Below are positions 1 through 11,650 of a stretch of 64,000 bases of DNA, in pieces. The notes beneath the pieces are model-generated. The model worked only from the letters and a program-made list of their open reading frames with translations, made no database searches and had not been told where the DNA came from. The stretch's first letter is position 1, and every line of letters starts with the position of its first letter. Origin of the DNA: Lama guanicoe (taxonomy: Eukaryota); assembly GCA_013239625.1 (NCBI GenBank), contig MU053574.1, forward strand, positions 124,001 through 188,000, written 5' to 3'. The position numbers and the translations under genes were made by a program.

Positions 1-299
1 AGCTTTGTATAAGGTAAGAATCCATCCCAGCCCCACTATTTGCCGCATAAACACATTGCCTTGGTTTCTTTGCAAAAATTAGGACACTGACAGTTTCTAC
101 CTGGCAGGGTTCTAATGAGGACTGAATGTAAGTAAGTAAAAGCACCTAGAACTGTGCCTGGAACAGAGTAAGTTGTTAGCTATTACCACCTTCAACCCTA
201 ATAACATAATCCTTAGCCCTCCTCTCACGCAGGTCAATGGTTCTTCATCTACCCATTCCTCAGGTTTCTGCCCCAGCTTTCTGCCTCAGCGAAATGAGG

Positions 300-1600
300 A
301 TGTGGCAGCCCAGCACATCCGGGGGGGGGGGGCTGCAGCTGAGCTGCGTTCAAGACAGGGATGCGGAAGCTGCGGCTCATCCGAGGATGGGATGGAAAAG
401 ACATTCCCCTCCTTGGATCTCCTCTGCAGACCTTTCCCCTCAGCTCCCGGGGAAAACGGTCCGCGCCCGGCGAACTCAGAAGCAAACCCCGCCCATGGCC
501 GCCCGAGCCTGCCTCAGGCTCAGTTTCTCGCCAAGGAAACCACACATCCCGCCCCTCCGGCGTCGTCCCCCGACTCAGTCCTCCCCCCGGTCCCCGGAGG
601 CTCCTCGCTCCTCACCCGGGAGACGCTTTCCTCGCCGCCCAAGGTCTGCATCATCTTGGACACGTCGCGCACCACGCCCGGGTACTCCACACACACCATG
701 CGCCGCTCGCGCGGCAGCTCCAGGGGCACCGCGACCCCTGTCCCCGCGCCGGCCACCCCCGCCGCCATCCCGGCCCGTCTGGTGGGGCCGCCGCAGCCTG
801 TCCCTCCACGCGTTCCCAAAGGCCTAGCCTCAATGGTTCCGCGAAGGAATCGTTCCGGGGTCCTTCCCTGCTCGGGTCTCTCTAAATCCCTGAGTTTTGC
901 GAGGCCCGAAGGCCTCTAGGAACAAACGCCCATGGAGAGGTCCCAAGACTTCAGGGTACACCCGCCGGTCCTTAACTTTGTGTTTAAAATGATGCGGGTT
1001 AGAGCCCGAGGGGCGGGGAAGGACCTGTCTCTCCCACCAACCTGAGAGGGACCGGGTTGTTTGTAAGACACCGCCCGGTCCTCGACTTTAGCCAATGAGA
1101 ACCCGAGGGCCAAGCAGAGTTTTTTTTAGCCAACGAAGAGTCGGGAGGAGCCCCTCCAGCGTCCACCCCCTCCATAGGTTTAGCCAATAACGAACCAGGA
1201 CTAGGCCAGGTTCCCGCCTCTTTCTCGGATTCCACCCAATGACAGCCCGGGGGCGAGACAAAGAAAGACTTCCGGTCCGCCCTCTTGCACGGGAAGGTCC
1301 CCGTAAAGAATTATTTCCGGAACCCGGGTAAGCGGGGAGGTTTTGTCCGGGCTCGGACCTCCGCTCCTGCTGGCTGCCCCAGGATGAGCTTTCTGGCGGC
1401 GCGTGGAGGCCGCGAGGAGTTTGATGTGAAAACGGCGAGCGCGGGGGAACTGCGCTTGGAAGGCTCGCCTGCCTCCACGCACAGGGAGCCCGGAAGCGCC
1501 CTCCGCGCGGGAGCTTGGGGCGGAATGCGGGCGTCGGCCCTTCATTTCTCGGACAGTTACTCCTCGCCTGCTGTGCCGGGCACCACTCAAACCCAACAGA
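300..1600. promoter_or_regulatory. CpG island / GTF3C5 promoter with CCAAT and ETS motifs
   Basis: Dense CpG around exon 1. CCAAT at 1092-1096, 1184-1188 and 1236-1240; ETS-like ACTTCCGGT at ~1268-1276. Confidence 0.8.
616..768 (-). CDS. GTF3C5: General transcription factor IIIC subunit 5 (TFIIIC63), coding exon 1; gene continues off the left edge of the window
   Basis: ATG at 768 gives MAAGVAGAGTGVAVPLELPRERRMVCVEYPGVVRDVSKMMQTLGGEESVSR, matching the recalled GTF3C5 N-terminus (RRMVCVEYPGVVRDV..LGGEEGVSR). 153 nt followed by donor CGG|GTGAGG at 615. Synteny with GFI1B and TSC1. Confidence 0.95.
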
Positions 1601-1609
1601 AGCATTAAG

Positions 1610-2030
1610 TGAGCGGCTGTGTGAGAGACCCTGAAGCGAGGGACAGGGACCATTCTAGGAAGTGACGGAAGACAAAACTATCTGGAGCAAAGTGAGGGGA
1701 GACGAAGAGTCGGAGGTCGACATAGGTCAGACAGATCCTAAAAACGATGTACCTAACGGGTTGGCTTTCTCTGAGTGCGATGGAAAGCCCTTGAAGGCTT
1801 TTGTGCAGGGAGTGCCGGATCTGATCTATGCGTTTAAAAGACTCTATGGCTGTTGAGTAGAGAGTAGACCAAAGAGGGCAAAAGTGGACTGAGATGAAAG
1901 CAGCTGACAGGCTGCGTAATCTAGGCAAGAGATGCTGCCCCGGCCGGGGAAGTGGCAGTGAGGATGGAAAGAAGAGACTGGATTTGAGAATATTAGGAGA
2001 TAAAAATCAGTAAGAGCAAGGGACCCCTTG
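1610..2030. mobile_element. L2 LINE remnant
   Basis: Degenerate L2-like text (ggaaagcccttgaaggcttttgtgcaggg...gatctgatctatgcgttt...). Recognised from recall. Confidence 0.5.
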
Positions 2031-2059
2031 GATATGGGTACCCCAAGTTGCTGAAATGA

Positions 2060-2375
2060 TTTTTTAAAATTGAAGTGCAGACAATTACTATGTGTCAATT
2101 TCTGGTGTACAGCACAATGTCCCAGTCTTTCATATACATACCACCATGTATTCGTTTTCATATTTTTTCCATTAAAGGTTGCAAGATACTGAATATAGTT
2201 CCCTGTGCTATACAACAGAAACTTAAAAAGTATATTATTATATATAATATGTGGCTAGCATTTGTAAATCTCAAACTCCCTAACTTACCCTCTCCCACCC
2301 CCTTTCCCCGGTAACAGTAAGATTGTTTACTAAGTGTGCAAGTCTGTGTTTTGTAGATGAGTTTATAATGTCCTT
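2060..2375 (-). mobile_element. L1 3' end fragment (lineage-type)
   Basis: T-rich start then ttgaagtgcag..tttctggtgtacagc..aatatagttccctgtgctatacaacag..., typical of an antisense L1 3'UTR. Confidence 0.7.
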
Positions 2376-2940
2376 TTTGGGGTGAGGGGGAGAAATGATT
2401 TCTGAATCAAAAGACTATCTCATTGTTCTAGATGGATTTCAGAAGGTCAAATAAATGGCTGCAAAGACCACAAAGTCCCTTTTCAAAAGAAAAATTTGTA
2501 ATTCAAGTGTGAGCTATATGTCACTGGCTGGGAGCCCTGGAACTCTGAAAGGAAGGCCCCTCCGAGAGCACAGTGAGGAGTCAATCAGCAGCACATGGTG
2601 GACAGAAGCTGCGTGTTTCAGTGGGAGGCTGGACCTGAGGGCTTAGCAGCCCCGACCTGCCTTTTCCAGCAGGAACTTGCATCTTCTACCACCACAGAAG
2701 ATTCTGTGCAGTGAGGCCAGGGTGATTCTCCAGAATTTTCCATGCCTTGAGATGAAGTATCCTTTTAAACTCCTGTCCTTTGCTCTCATTCCACGCTCAC
2801 CAAGCAGTATTCTGCATTGATTTGATTTTCCAGAAAGGAGAATCTGAATAACGGATGTATATTTTCATTCCCCTGTGAGTGTATCAGCCCCCTGTGAGTT
2901 TGGTACACATGAGTCAATCCTGAAGACTGTCACTATCAGT

Positions 2941-3106
2941 AGAGTTGACTGATAAAATAGTGTATACACAATTAAGTTAGAATTTCACATAATATTGGGG
3001 ACATACTTTTAAAAATTAAATACTGGGGACAGACAGTAATCATTTATTCATTATCTGAAATTCCAGTTTAGCTAGGGGTATTTTTATTTGCTAAATATGG
3101 CACCCC
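2941..3106. mobile_element. MER53-like palindromic hAT MITE
   Basis: aatattggggacatac...ttatctgaaattccagtttagctagg...tttatttgctaaatatggcaccc matches recalled MER53. Confidence 0.6.
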
Positions 3107-4200
3107 TTCCTCTGAGTATTGAAGGAATTCAGTTTCTGAATCTGCAAAGCTGGTTGCAAACTACCCAGAACCTTAGGGAATCCACTGAGATCCTGACCAC
3201 CCTGTACCCCCCACCCCAATTCAGTGACCCTCTAGTTTTGTCTGCTCTGATCTGCTCTCTATGGAAGCAAGAGTGATCTCTCTGGGAGGAGCTGGCTCTG
3301 GCCCTGTCTCCAGGGACCCCTCTCCCCACCAATTCCCCATTTCACCACCTGACTGACTCCTCTGCATCCTTTAGTGTCCAGCTTAGAGTTCATCTTGCCT
3401 GGAGAGGTCAGCGTCATCCTCTGTGCCCATGGCACCCAAACTCATCCTGCTACAGAGCCTGCAGCGCAGTTTTCATTTCTTATTTCTCCTCCTCCAGGAG
3501 TAGCAGCTTCCTGAGGGCAGAAACCAATCTGTGTGGTTCACCACTGTCTTCCCAGGCCTTGGCACAGAGCAGATACTCGGGAAATGTTTATTCAATGCGT
3601 GGATGAGGCTACTTGACTCATTTGAACCTTCAGTTCAGTGCAGCCTCTAGATCAGGGCACGGTCACGAGGACAACAAATTGAGGCTCCTCAGATAGGGGC
3701 GTATCCCGGGAGTGCACAGAAACTGAGGAGGGGGCTAGAAGGGGGAGGGAGGAGGCAGGGATGGGGAGGTGAGGCAAGGCTGGGAAGGAGAGGGAGGCCA
3801 GGGAGGCTCAGGACCCCAGTTAAAGAAACAGCCGTGACTTTCCTGAAACACCCCAGCTTCTGGAGCAGATAACAATGACACAATGTTTGCACATGGAGGG
3901 GCGCTTTCCCTGCCTGTTTCAGGGTCTGAATATTGAATCCTGGCTGAGGAGCCCGTTCTCTGGGGCAGAGCACGGGCAGGGGTGGGGAGGATGTACCTGG
4001 GATGGGTGTTTATTGATCCTCTATTAACGAGGGCAAGGAGGGCCTTGGAAAATACTTCCTTTGGGCCCCAGAATCTGAATATTCCTTCCTGAGCCGCTGG
4101 GTCAGTCTATGAAGCACGCAGTGAGTGGTTAGTACTCCCCAGCGGGGACTAGATTCTCACTGCACCCTTAGGACGGGAGAGGAGGCGTAGTGCTCACTTT

Positions 4201-4257
4201 CGGCCACGAGATGGCGACGGAGCGTCCCCGTCGGCAAACACTGCCACCTGCTGGTCA
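4201..4257. promoter_or_regulatory. Pair of CTCF-like motifs in opposite orientation
   Basis: CGGCCACGAGATGGCGACG (+, 4201-4219) and TGACCAGCAGGTGGCAG (-, 4241-4257), both close to the CTCF core, in a small CpG-rich patch. Confidence 0.65.
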
Positions 4258-5067
4258 CCCACGCTCATGACTCCCTGGAAGAAAGGGCGAAGTTGCCTCA
4301 TAGGAAGAGAAACCCACTTAGGCGCAGGGAACAGAGCCTCCTAACACCCCTGTGCTGGGCGGAGGGTCAGCAGCCTGCTCCCTCTCAGGTCCGACCGCGG
4401 AGAGGCGTGGCCACCCATCTCCCCGGCTTCACACGTACAAGCCCTCCCAGGTCCAGGAAGCCTCCCACCCAGTCCCTTCGCTGCCAGCAAATGATGGGGG
4501 CGTGGGAAATGGGGTTGATACAGAGGTTTCAGCCTTCTTTTTGCTTCCAAGTGGGACAGTCTTTTCCAGATGACATTCGTCTTCCTAGTCAGCTTGTTCC
4601 AAAGCAACATTAAACTTCTCTACCTACAGGGCTGAACATCAAAATTTGTTTATAAATACAGTTTATGTTGCCAAGATAAATATTTTTAAAAATGTGCCAG
4701 ACAGAGGCAAATTTCAATGAAGCTAATAAAATTTAAGCACCGGGCCCCTCAACTGCAGGTGCTTTTCTTCAAGGCCCTGGGAGGTAGGTGCCTTGTCATT
4801 GTGTTCACACGGGCATATGTCTTACGAAAATGGAAAAGGTAAGATATTTTAACTGCGATTGGTTGGGACTGCATCTCTTTCCATCTAACCTGCCCTCTGG
4901 TCACACCTGCCCTTGTGCCGGAAGGCACTGAAGTAGTCATGGGTATTTGGGAGGCTGCGCTAGGGGGAAGTCAAACTGGGAGTACATGCAGTTTGGACTG
5001 AGTGGAATATATGTGTGTGGTCTGTAGTCACTTCTGTGTATAGTTAAGTTACTGCTGGTCATCGTAT

Positions 5068-5617
5068 TGATACAGGAAAATGCGGTGACAAAGGATGGCC
5101 GTGTCCCAGATCTTGGCTGAGTCCCTGGGATGCGTCTCGCCAAGTGTACATTCTAGGCTGCGCACAGGAAAGGATTCAAGAGTGAGCCGCAGTTGAGTAA
5201 AAGCAGATGTATTCAGAGAGATGCACACTCCACAGACAGCGTACGGGCCGTCTCGGAGCGAGCGGCCACGAGGTGCGGTGTTGCTAGTTTTTATGGGCTC
5301 GGTAGCTTCACAGGCTAACAAGTGGGAGGATTATTCCAACTACCCAGAAGAGGCTGGGATTCCCAGGAACTGAGCCACTGCCCACTTTTTGACCTTTTAT
5401 GGTCAGCCCGGAACTGTCATGGCGCCTGTGGGTGTGTCATTTACCACATTAATATATCACAATGAGTGTGTAATGCAGCTCAGGGTCCACTGGAGGTCAC
5501 ATCTCCGGCCATCTTGGGCCTCAAGGTCTACTGAGAGTTGAATTTTCTGCCATCTTGGTGCCAAATGCTGCGTCATTCCTTTAATGGCTATGCCCTGCCC
5601 CCTTCCCTCCTGTCTCG
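5068..5617 (-). mobile_element. Solo ERV1 LTR, MER41-like
   Basis: Minus strand carries colinear MER41-like blocks: gacacacccacaggcgccatgacagtt, ggtcaaaaagtgggcagtggctcagttcctgggaat, gaataatcctcccacttgttagc, cccataaaaa, ctcactcttgaatcctttcctgtgcg. About 550 bp, ends ...GTATCA. Confidence 0.7.
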
Positions 5618-5767
5618 TTGTGCAGGAATGACTTCCACCTTCAGTGACAATTTGCTGTTGGTGTGATATGAGGATCCAGGGCCAAAGGTAGTACAGCAGT
5701 CAGAGCCAGAAGCCAGGCTTTGGAAAATTCCTGCAACCAGCAGACATGTAACGCTGTAAGCAGAGGA

Positions 5768-6394
5768 GTGTAAGATGGCGCAGCTGCTGTAGAAGACAGT
5801 ATGGCGGTGCCTCAAACATTAAAAACAGAATGACCGTGTGATCCAGCAGTTCCACTCCTGGGTATACATCCAAAATAATGAAAAGCAGAGTCTCGAAGGT
5901 ATTTCCTCACCCATGTTCATAGCAACATTATTCACAATAGCCAAATGGCAGAAGCAACCCAACTGTCCTTCAACAGATGAGTGGATAAAAAAATACAGTC
6001 CATCTGTAAAATGAAATATTATTCAGCCTTCAAAAAGAAGGAAATTCTGACACAGGGTACTTGGATGAATCTGGAGGATATCATGCTGAGTGAAATAAAC
6101 CAGTCACAAAAAGACAAATACTGTGTAATTCCACTGATACGAGGGACCTCGAGGAGTCAGATTCAGAGACATGGAAGGTAGGAGGTTGGTTGTCAGGGGC
6201 TGGGGGAGGGGGAATGGGGAGTTAGCATTTAATGGGGACAGAGTTTCAGTTTTCAAGATGGAAGAGTTCTGGAGATGGATGGAGGTGATGGTTGCCTAAT
6301 ACTGTGAATGTACTTGACACCATTGAACTGTACACTTAAAAACAGTTAAGATAGTAAATTTTATGTGTTTTCCATCACAATTTTTTTATTGAAT
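5768..6394 (+). mobile_element. L1M (L1MB-like) 3' fragment with 13-bp target-site duplication
   Basis: Classic L1M 3' text (gatccagcagttccactcctgggtatac...tgtacacttaaaaacagttaag). TGTAAGCAGAGGA at 5755-5767 and 6395-6407. Confidence 0.85.
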
Positions 6395-7111
6395 TGTAAG
6401 CAGAGGATTTGGTTCTCCTCCATGGTCAGAATGGAAGTTCTCTCCCATCAGGAATAGAGGTGATCATGCAAAGTACACGTTTCAATGCACCATGCATTTT
6501 TGTTTGTTTTTGACGATATTCGCACAAAGTTGAATTGATCAGAATTCTGTGTGGGGCCCAACTCTGTGGCCGCCCTACAGGTAGCCAGCTCGCCTGGGAG
6601 CAAGGCAGCCTGTTTTCTGCTCTCTAACAAGTCTGATCATCTCTCACCTGGGCATCCCCAATAAGTTGTGAGGGTGAGAAAGAAAGAAAGTTCTTAGCTA
6701 ACAATAAAAAGCCAAATTTTGATCAACTATGCTAAAGACTTTCCATTCTCTTGGTAAAAAATATTACAGAATCACTGTAGTAAGAAGAGACAAGCAAAGA
6801 GTACGTATGGGAAAAAAGTAAGGAAAAGGTACTATAAAGAGATGTATGGCAATTAACTAACATAAATATTTTTTCTGGATTTTTTATTTTTAAAAAATAT
6901 TTGTCCTATAAAATTTATCATTTGTTATGATTTCTTTTCTCATCCCACACAACTATTTGCTTTGCTATCTCATTTTGTATTCTTAATTTTGTCTTCGTTG
7001 GCCTTAAAACTGTAAGCTTTGAAACCCCCAAATCTTGGAAATATCCACAGGTTTTTCATTGCCCTTCAGAACTTCCTACATCCTAACTGAAAGTAGAGCT
7101 TGTCTTAGGGT

Positions 7112-7254
7112 CTTTTTTTTTTAATGCTTGTTTTTTAAAGTTTTTTGGGGGAGATAATTGGGTTTATTTATTTTTAGAAGAGGTACTGGGGATTGAACCC
7201 AGGACCTCCTGCATGCTGAGGATGTGCTCTACCACCTGAGCTGCACCCTCCCCC
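7112..7254 (-). mobile_element. tRNA-derived SINE (camelid-type)
   Basis: gaggtactggggattgaacccaggacctcctgcatgctgaggatgtgctctaccacctgagctgcaccctccccc is the antisense tRNA-like A/B-box head; T-rich tail. Confidence 0.85.
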
Positions 7255-7487
7255 TGGGACTTCTCCTGGGGTCTTTTAAATGTCTGGACTACCTGTAACG
7301 GTGCCCCTCTTCCCTCGTCCCCCCTCCCCTCCCCCTCTTGCTCCCTCCCCTTGTCTCTCCTCTCCTCCCTCTCCCCTCAGTTGAAAATGCTTCCCAACAG
7401 CCTTTATGACTGTTTTCTGTGATCTTGGGTTATTTAGAAGTCTTGCTTAATATCCCAAAATTGGGGAATATAAAAATTGTCTTTTCT

Positions 7488-7575
7488 GGAGGTGGGGGTA
7501 TAGCTCAGTGACAGAGCGCGTGTGCTTAGCCTGCACGAAGTCCTGGGTTCAGTCCCCAGTACCTCCATTAAAAAA
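7488..7575 (+). mobile_element. tRNA-derived SINE (camelid-type)
   Basis: gggggtatagctcagtgacagagcgcgtgtgcttagcctgcacgaagtcctgggttcagtccccagtacctcc followed by an A tail. Confidence 0.85.
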
Positions 7576-9926
7576 GAGAGAGAGACTTGTTTTGGTTAAT
7601 TTTGTCATGTTATATATCTCTTTCCATCTTTTCAGTTTCAGTCTTTCTGGATCCTTATATTTTAAATCTGTTTCTCGTAAGCAGGATGAAGTTGTGAATT
7701 TTTTTCTCCTAATGTCCTTTATCTTTTCACTGGAGTATTTAAATTTTTTATATTTAATGTAACGCTGATATATTTGGGTTTAAATATTCCTATTTGTTTT
7801 CTGTTTGTCCAACTGTTCCGTCCTTTTCCTCCCTTCCCTCTTCTGTTATACTAATCGTATTTTATTATTCTGTTTTCCCCACTAATAAATAGTTGTCCGT
7901 AGTGCTACTGGTTACCCTAGAGATTACCATCTGAACCCTTGATCTATTACAGTCAAAGGTAAATTAGTACTTTTATCACTTCCGTGACAAAGCAAAGACA
8001 TGGTTAGACCCCTCTTGCCTTTTGTGCCATTGTTACCATGTCATATATATGTGTGTGTGTGTTTTAAAACCTTCACTGAGGTGTAATTTACCTGCAGTAA
8101 ACATCCAGTTGGCATGTGTAGTTCCACGACTGAGTTTACAGATACATGAATGTAATCACCACCTCAGCCGTGATATGGAGTACTTCACCCGAAGGGCCCC
8201 CTAGTTCCCTTTGCAGTGAGTCACTTCACCAGCGGAGGCCGAGAAAACAGACAGGGGCCCAGGGGCTCTGGGAAGAGGGGGATGACCGAGGAGGCATCTG
8301 ACACCAGGGCTTACTTGGACGGATAAGGGTGGCCTGGGAGCTGCCCTCCCCTCGAGACCGCCCACAGGAGGAAATATCTCCACCAAGGAGGTGGGGACCA
8401 GTGAAGCAGGAAAAAAGACAAATCAGCCCAAACTGGACTCACCTGCCTCCCCCAAGCCCCCTCCTCTAGACCCCCTTCCCCGGGATTGGGAGCCCCAGAA
8501 ATGGGGGCATCGCCCTGGGTTCCCCACTCTCCCTGGCCCCCGCCTCCCGCTGCTGCATGGACTTCTCTGTCTCCTAAACACATGGCAGGGGGGTGCGGGC
8601 CCACCCCTCCCCGCCCCTTCCAGCACCCCCATCTGGCTCATGTCACCTCTCAACTTGGCCACCCAACAACCTCCTAGCAGGTGGGGGTCCCCTCACACAT
8701 CCACTTGTATTTGTCTGTCGGGGGATGTAGCTAGATACACGTGGTTCAAAACCTAAAAGACACCAAAGCCTTTTGGTGAAAAGATCTCCTTCTCACTCCT
8801 TTCTCCAGATGCAGGAACCATCTCTTCCAGGAGGTGACCCTTCTCAGCTTGTTAATTTCTCTGGAGATACTCTACATAGTAAGAAGCAAAATTGTATATA
8901 GATTCTTCATCCCCCTTGAAAAACAAACCACTAAGCTCCAAATCGGTTTTGTTACTCTACTTTCCCTCTAATAAATTGTTGCACATGCTTTTGGTGGCTT
9001 CCCTAGAGATTATAATATGATCCCTTGATCTTTGAAAGTCAACTATAAATGAACTGACCACAAATGGTAGCTCACTATAGGCTGCCTCCCAACCCCGCCT
9101 CTTTCATGTGACAATATATCATGGAAATGACTCCCTGTCAATTCACAGGGCGCTTCCTCATTCTTGGAACAGATACACACTGTTCCACTGTATGGCTGGG
9201 CCATGATTTATCCAACCAGCCCTCTTGCAGGGATACTTAGGTTGTTTCCAACCCTTTGCAAATACAATGTAGCAATGAATCACTGTTGTGTCTCGCTTGA
9301 CACATGGGCAGGTATCTGTAAGATATTGTTGGGTCAAAGGGCATATCTGTGATTTTATTAGACGTCACTAAATGTTCCCCTGTTAGGGCCACAATCATAT
9401 GTGATCTCCTCCCCCTACCTCCGCGCGCGGGGCCAGGCTGTGTCGGGGTCACAGGGGCCTCCGGGGCCTCAAGCCATCCTCCAGCCCTGGTCCGCCGTGG
9501 GCCTCTAGACCCGAGAACCGCCTGGCTCCTCTTGGACACCCCCACCCCGGTTTTCCGAGTTCACAGCCTGCGCCAAGGCTTCTTGCTTGCCCTTCCCCCT
9601 CGCAGAAGCCAGGGGGCGCTTCGCGCCCAAACGCAAAGCTGATCCCACCCTCCCCGCGCTGCCAGGGCTGCTCTTGCAGGGGTTGCGGGGTGTGGGGTGG
9701 GAGGAGCCCAAACACTTTAATAGAGACTCGAGGGTCCTGTTCCCCGGACTCTCCCAACCACGCCCTACCCCCCAGTTCCTAACCCTGCGGTTCCGGGGCG
9801 CCCCACCCCGAACCTCTGTGCCTTTGCCTACACCCTCCCTTCTCCTCAGGGTGACCCCTGAGAAGAGGCGTCCTCCCCAGGTTTGGAGAGGCCCCAGCTC
9901 CTGACCCACTTGCTGCCCCCCCCCCG

Positions 9927-10264
9927 NNNNNNNNNNNNNNNNNNNNNNNNNNNNNNNNNNNNNNNNNNNNNNNNNNNNNNNNNNNNNNNNNNNNNNNNNN
10001 NNNNNNNNNNNNNNNNNNNNNNNNNNNNNNNNNNNNNNNNNNNNNNNNNNNNNNNNNNNNNNNNNNNNNNNNNNNNNNNNNNNNNNNNNNNNNNNNNNNN
10101 NNNNNNNNNNNNNNNNNNNNNNNNNNNNNNNNNNNNNNNNNNNNNNNNNNNNNNNNNNNNNNNNNNNNNNNNNNNNNNNNNNNNNNNNNNNNNNNNNNNN
10201 NNNNNNNNNNNNNNNNNNNNNNNNNNNNNNNNNNNNNNNNNNNNNNNNNNNNNNNNNNNNNNNN
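9927..10264. other. Assembly gap (338 N)
   Basis: Run of N flanked by a C-run on the left and G-tracts on the right. Confidence 0.99.
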
Positions 10265-11189
10265 GGGAGGTGGGGAGGGAGAAGTAGGGCGAGAAAGGAG
10301 GGCGGGGGCGTGGGGAGGAGGACGGGGAGCGAGGGGGGCGGGGGTGAAGAGGAAGGGAGGGGGTTCTAGACGCTGATGCCAGCGCTCCGCCTTCCCGACT
10401 GAGGGCTGGTCCTCGCGATGGGCGGTGGGCACAGCTCTGGGCTGGGGTCTCGCCTGTCAGCCGATGGCGGGGCAGCCGGTCTCAAACAGGTGCACAGTCC
10501 GCGCAGACGCAGGTGGGACTGATGGGTGGTTCTGAACTCCAAGTCGAGCATCCCCTCCACCCCGGCTCCCCCAGCCCTGCGCCCTGACCACGCACCAGTC
10601 CCTTGGGGTGTGAAGGGACAGCCCCATTAGTTTGTTTGCCCATCCATGCATCCATCCGCTGAAAAGTGTTATTAGCTGGGCGCAGAGGGAGCAGTGGGGA
10701 CCTTCACGGAGTGTGTTCAGACAATGGCACAAATGGCTATTGGATGACAATTATGATCAGCGTTAGAGAGGAGAATCGCTGGGGCCTGAGAGAACCAGTC
10801 CCAGGCCTCCTCGGAAGGTGCATGTGGGTTGAAACTAGAATGAAGGAGCAAGCCTGGTGAGGAATGGAGGGAACCACCTTCCAGGTGGAGGGAACAGGTT
10901 TCCAGGTGGCCAAGAAGCAGGCAGAGCCATCTGGGAGAAAGAGGAGGGCCCTGGAATTCTGCTGCAGCTGCCCTGTGGGTGCTGTCCCTTAGCCCTGAGC
11001 GAGGTGGCCTCTCCCTGAGGCTCTCCCGCAGCCCTGAGGTCCCTCCCCGGTCTCCGCCTGGCTGGCCTCAGTGGACGACACTGCCAGCCCATCTCTCCAC
11101 CCAGACCATTTGCAGCTGGACTCTGGTTCCAAAGCCTTTGTTCAGCAAACACCAAGGCCACACGCTACCCACCCGCTTTCTTTCTTTCT

Positions 11190-11650
11190 TTATGATGCTA
11201 AAATATACATAATATAAAGTTTGCCATTTTAACCATCTTTGTGCATACAGTTCGGTGATATTAATTATATTCACATTGTTGTGCAACCATCACCACCCAC
11301 CAGCCCCATCACTTTTCATCCTGTAAAACTGAAACTCTGCCCCCATTAAAAACACTAACTCCCACTCCCCCTCCCCTAGCCCCGGCACCCACCATCCTAC
11401 TGTCTGTCTCTATGAGTTTGACTCCTCTAGGTCCCTCACACAAGTGAGATCACACCGTATCTGTCCTTTCGTGCCTTAGCAAGGTACCCTCCAGGTTCAT
11501 CCAGGTTACAGCAGGTGTCAGAATTCCCTTCCTTTCGAAGGCTGAAAAAGATTCCATTGTGTGCACAGACCACTTTGTTTGTTTATCTACCATCTCTCGT
11601 TGGACACTGGGGCGGCTTCCCCTTTTAGCTGCTGTGAACGGCACTGCTGT
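11190..11650 (-). mobile_element. L1MB-like 3' fragment
   Basis: aaatatacataatataaagtttgccattttaaccat...tcacattgttgtgcaaccatcacc...aattcccttcctttcgaaggctgaa. Confidence 0.8.

Larger units (their letters stand above)
4702..7050. mobile_element. Old hAT-Tip100 (Arthur1-like) DNA transposon remnant interrupted by an LTR and an L1
   Basis: Start cagaggcaaatttcaatgaagctaataaaatttaagcaccgggcccctc and end ctgtaagctttgaaacccccaaatcttgga resemble recalled termini. Family uncertain. Confidence 0.4.

Noticed and set aside
769..819. Apparent N-terminal extension of GTF3C5 in the ORF track
   Set aside because: Starts at a non-ATG codon; homology begins at the ATG at 768.
173..919. 248-aa and 196-aa plus-strand ORFs
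   Set aside because: Antisense to GTF3C5 exon 1 in a CpG island; low-complexity Pro/Ser/Arg composition typical of stop-poor GC-rich DNA.
7488..7575. tRNA-like sequences (also ~44860 and ~53370)
   Set aside because: SINE heads with A-rich tails and TSDs, not tRNA genes.
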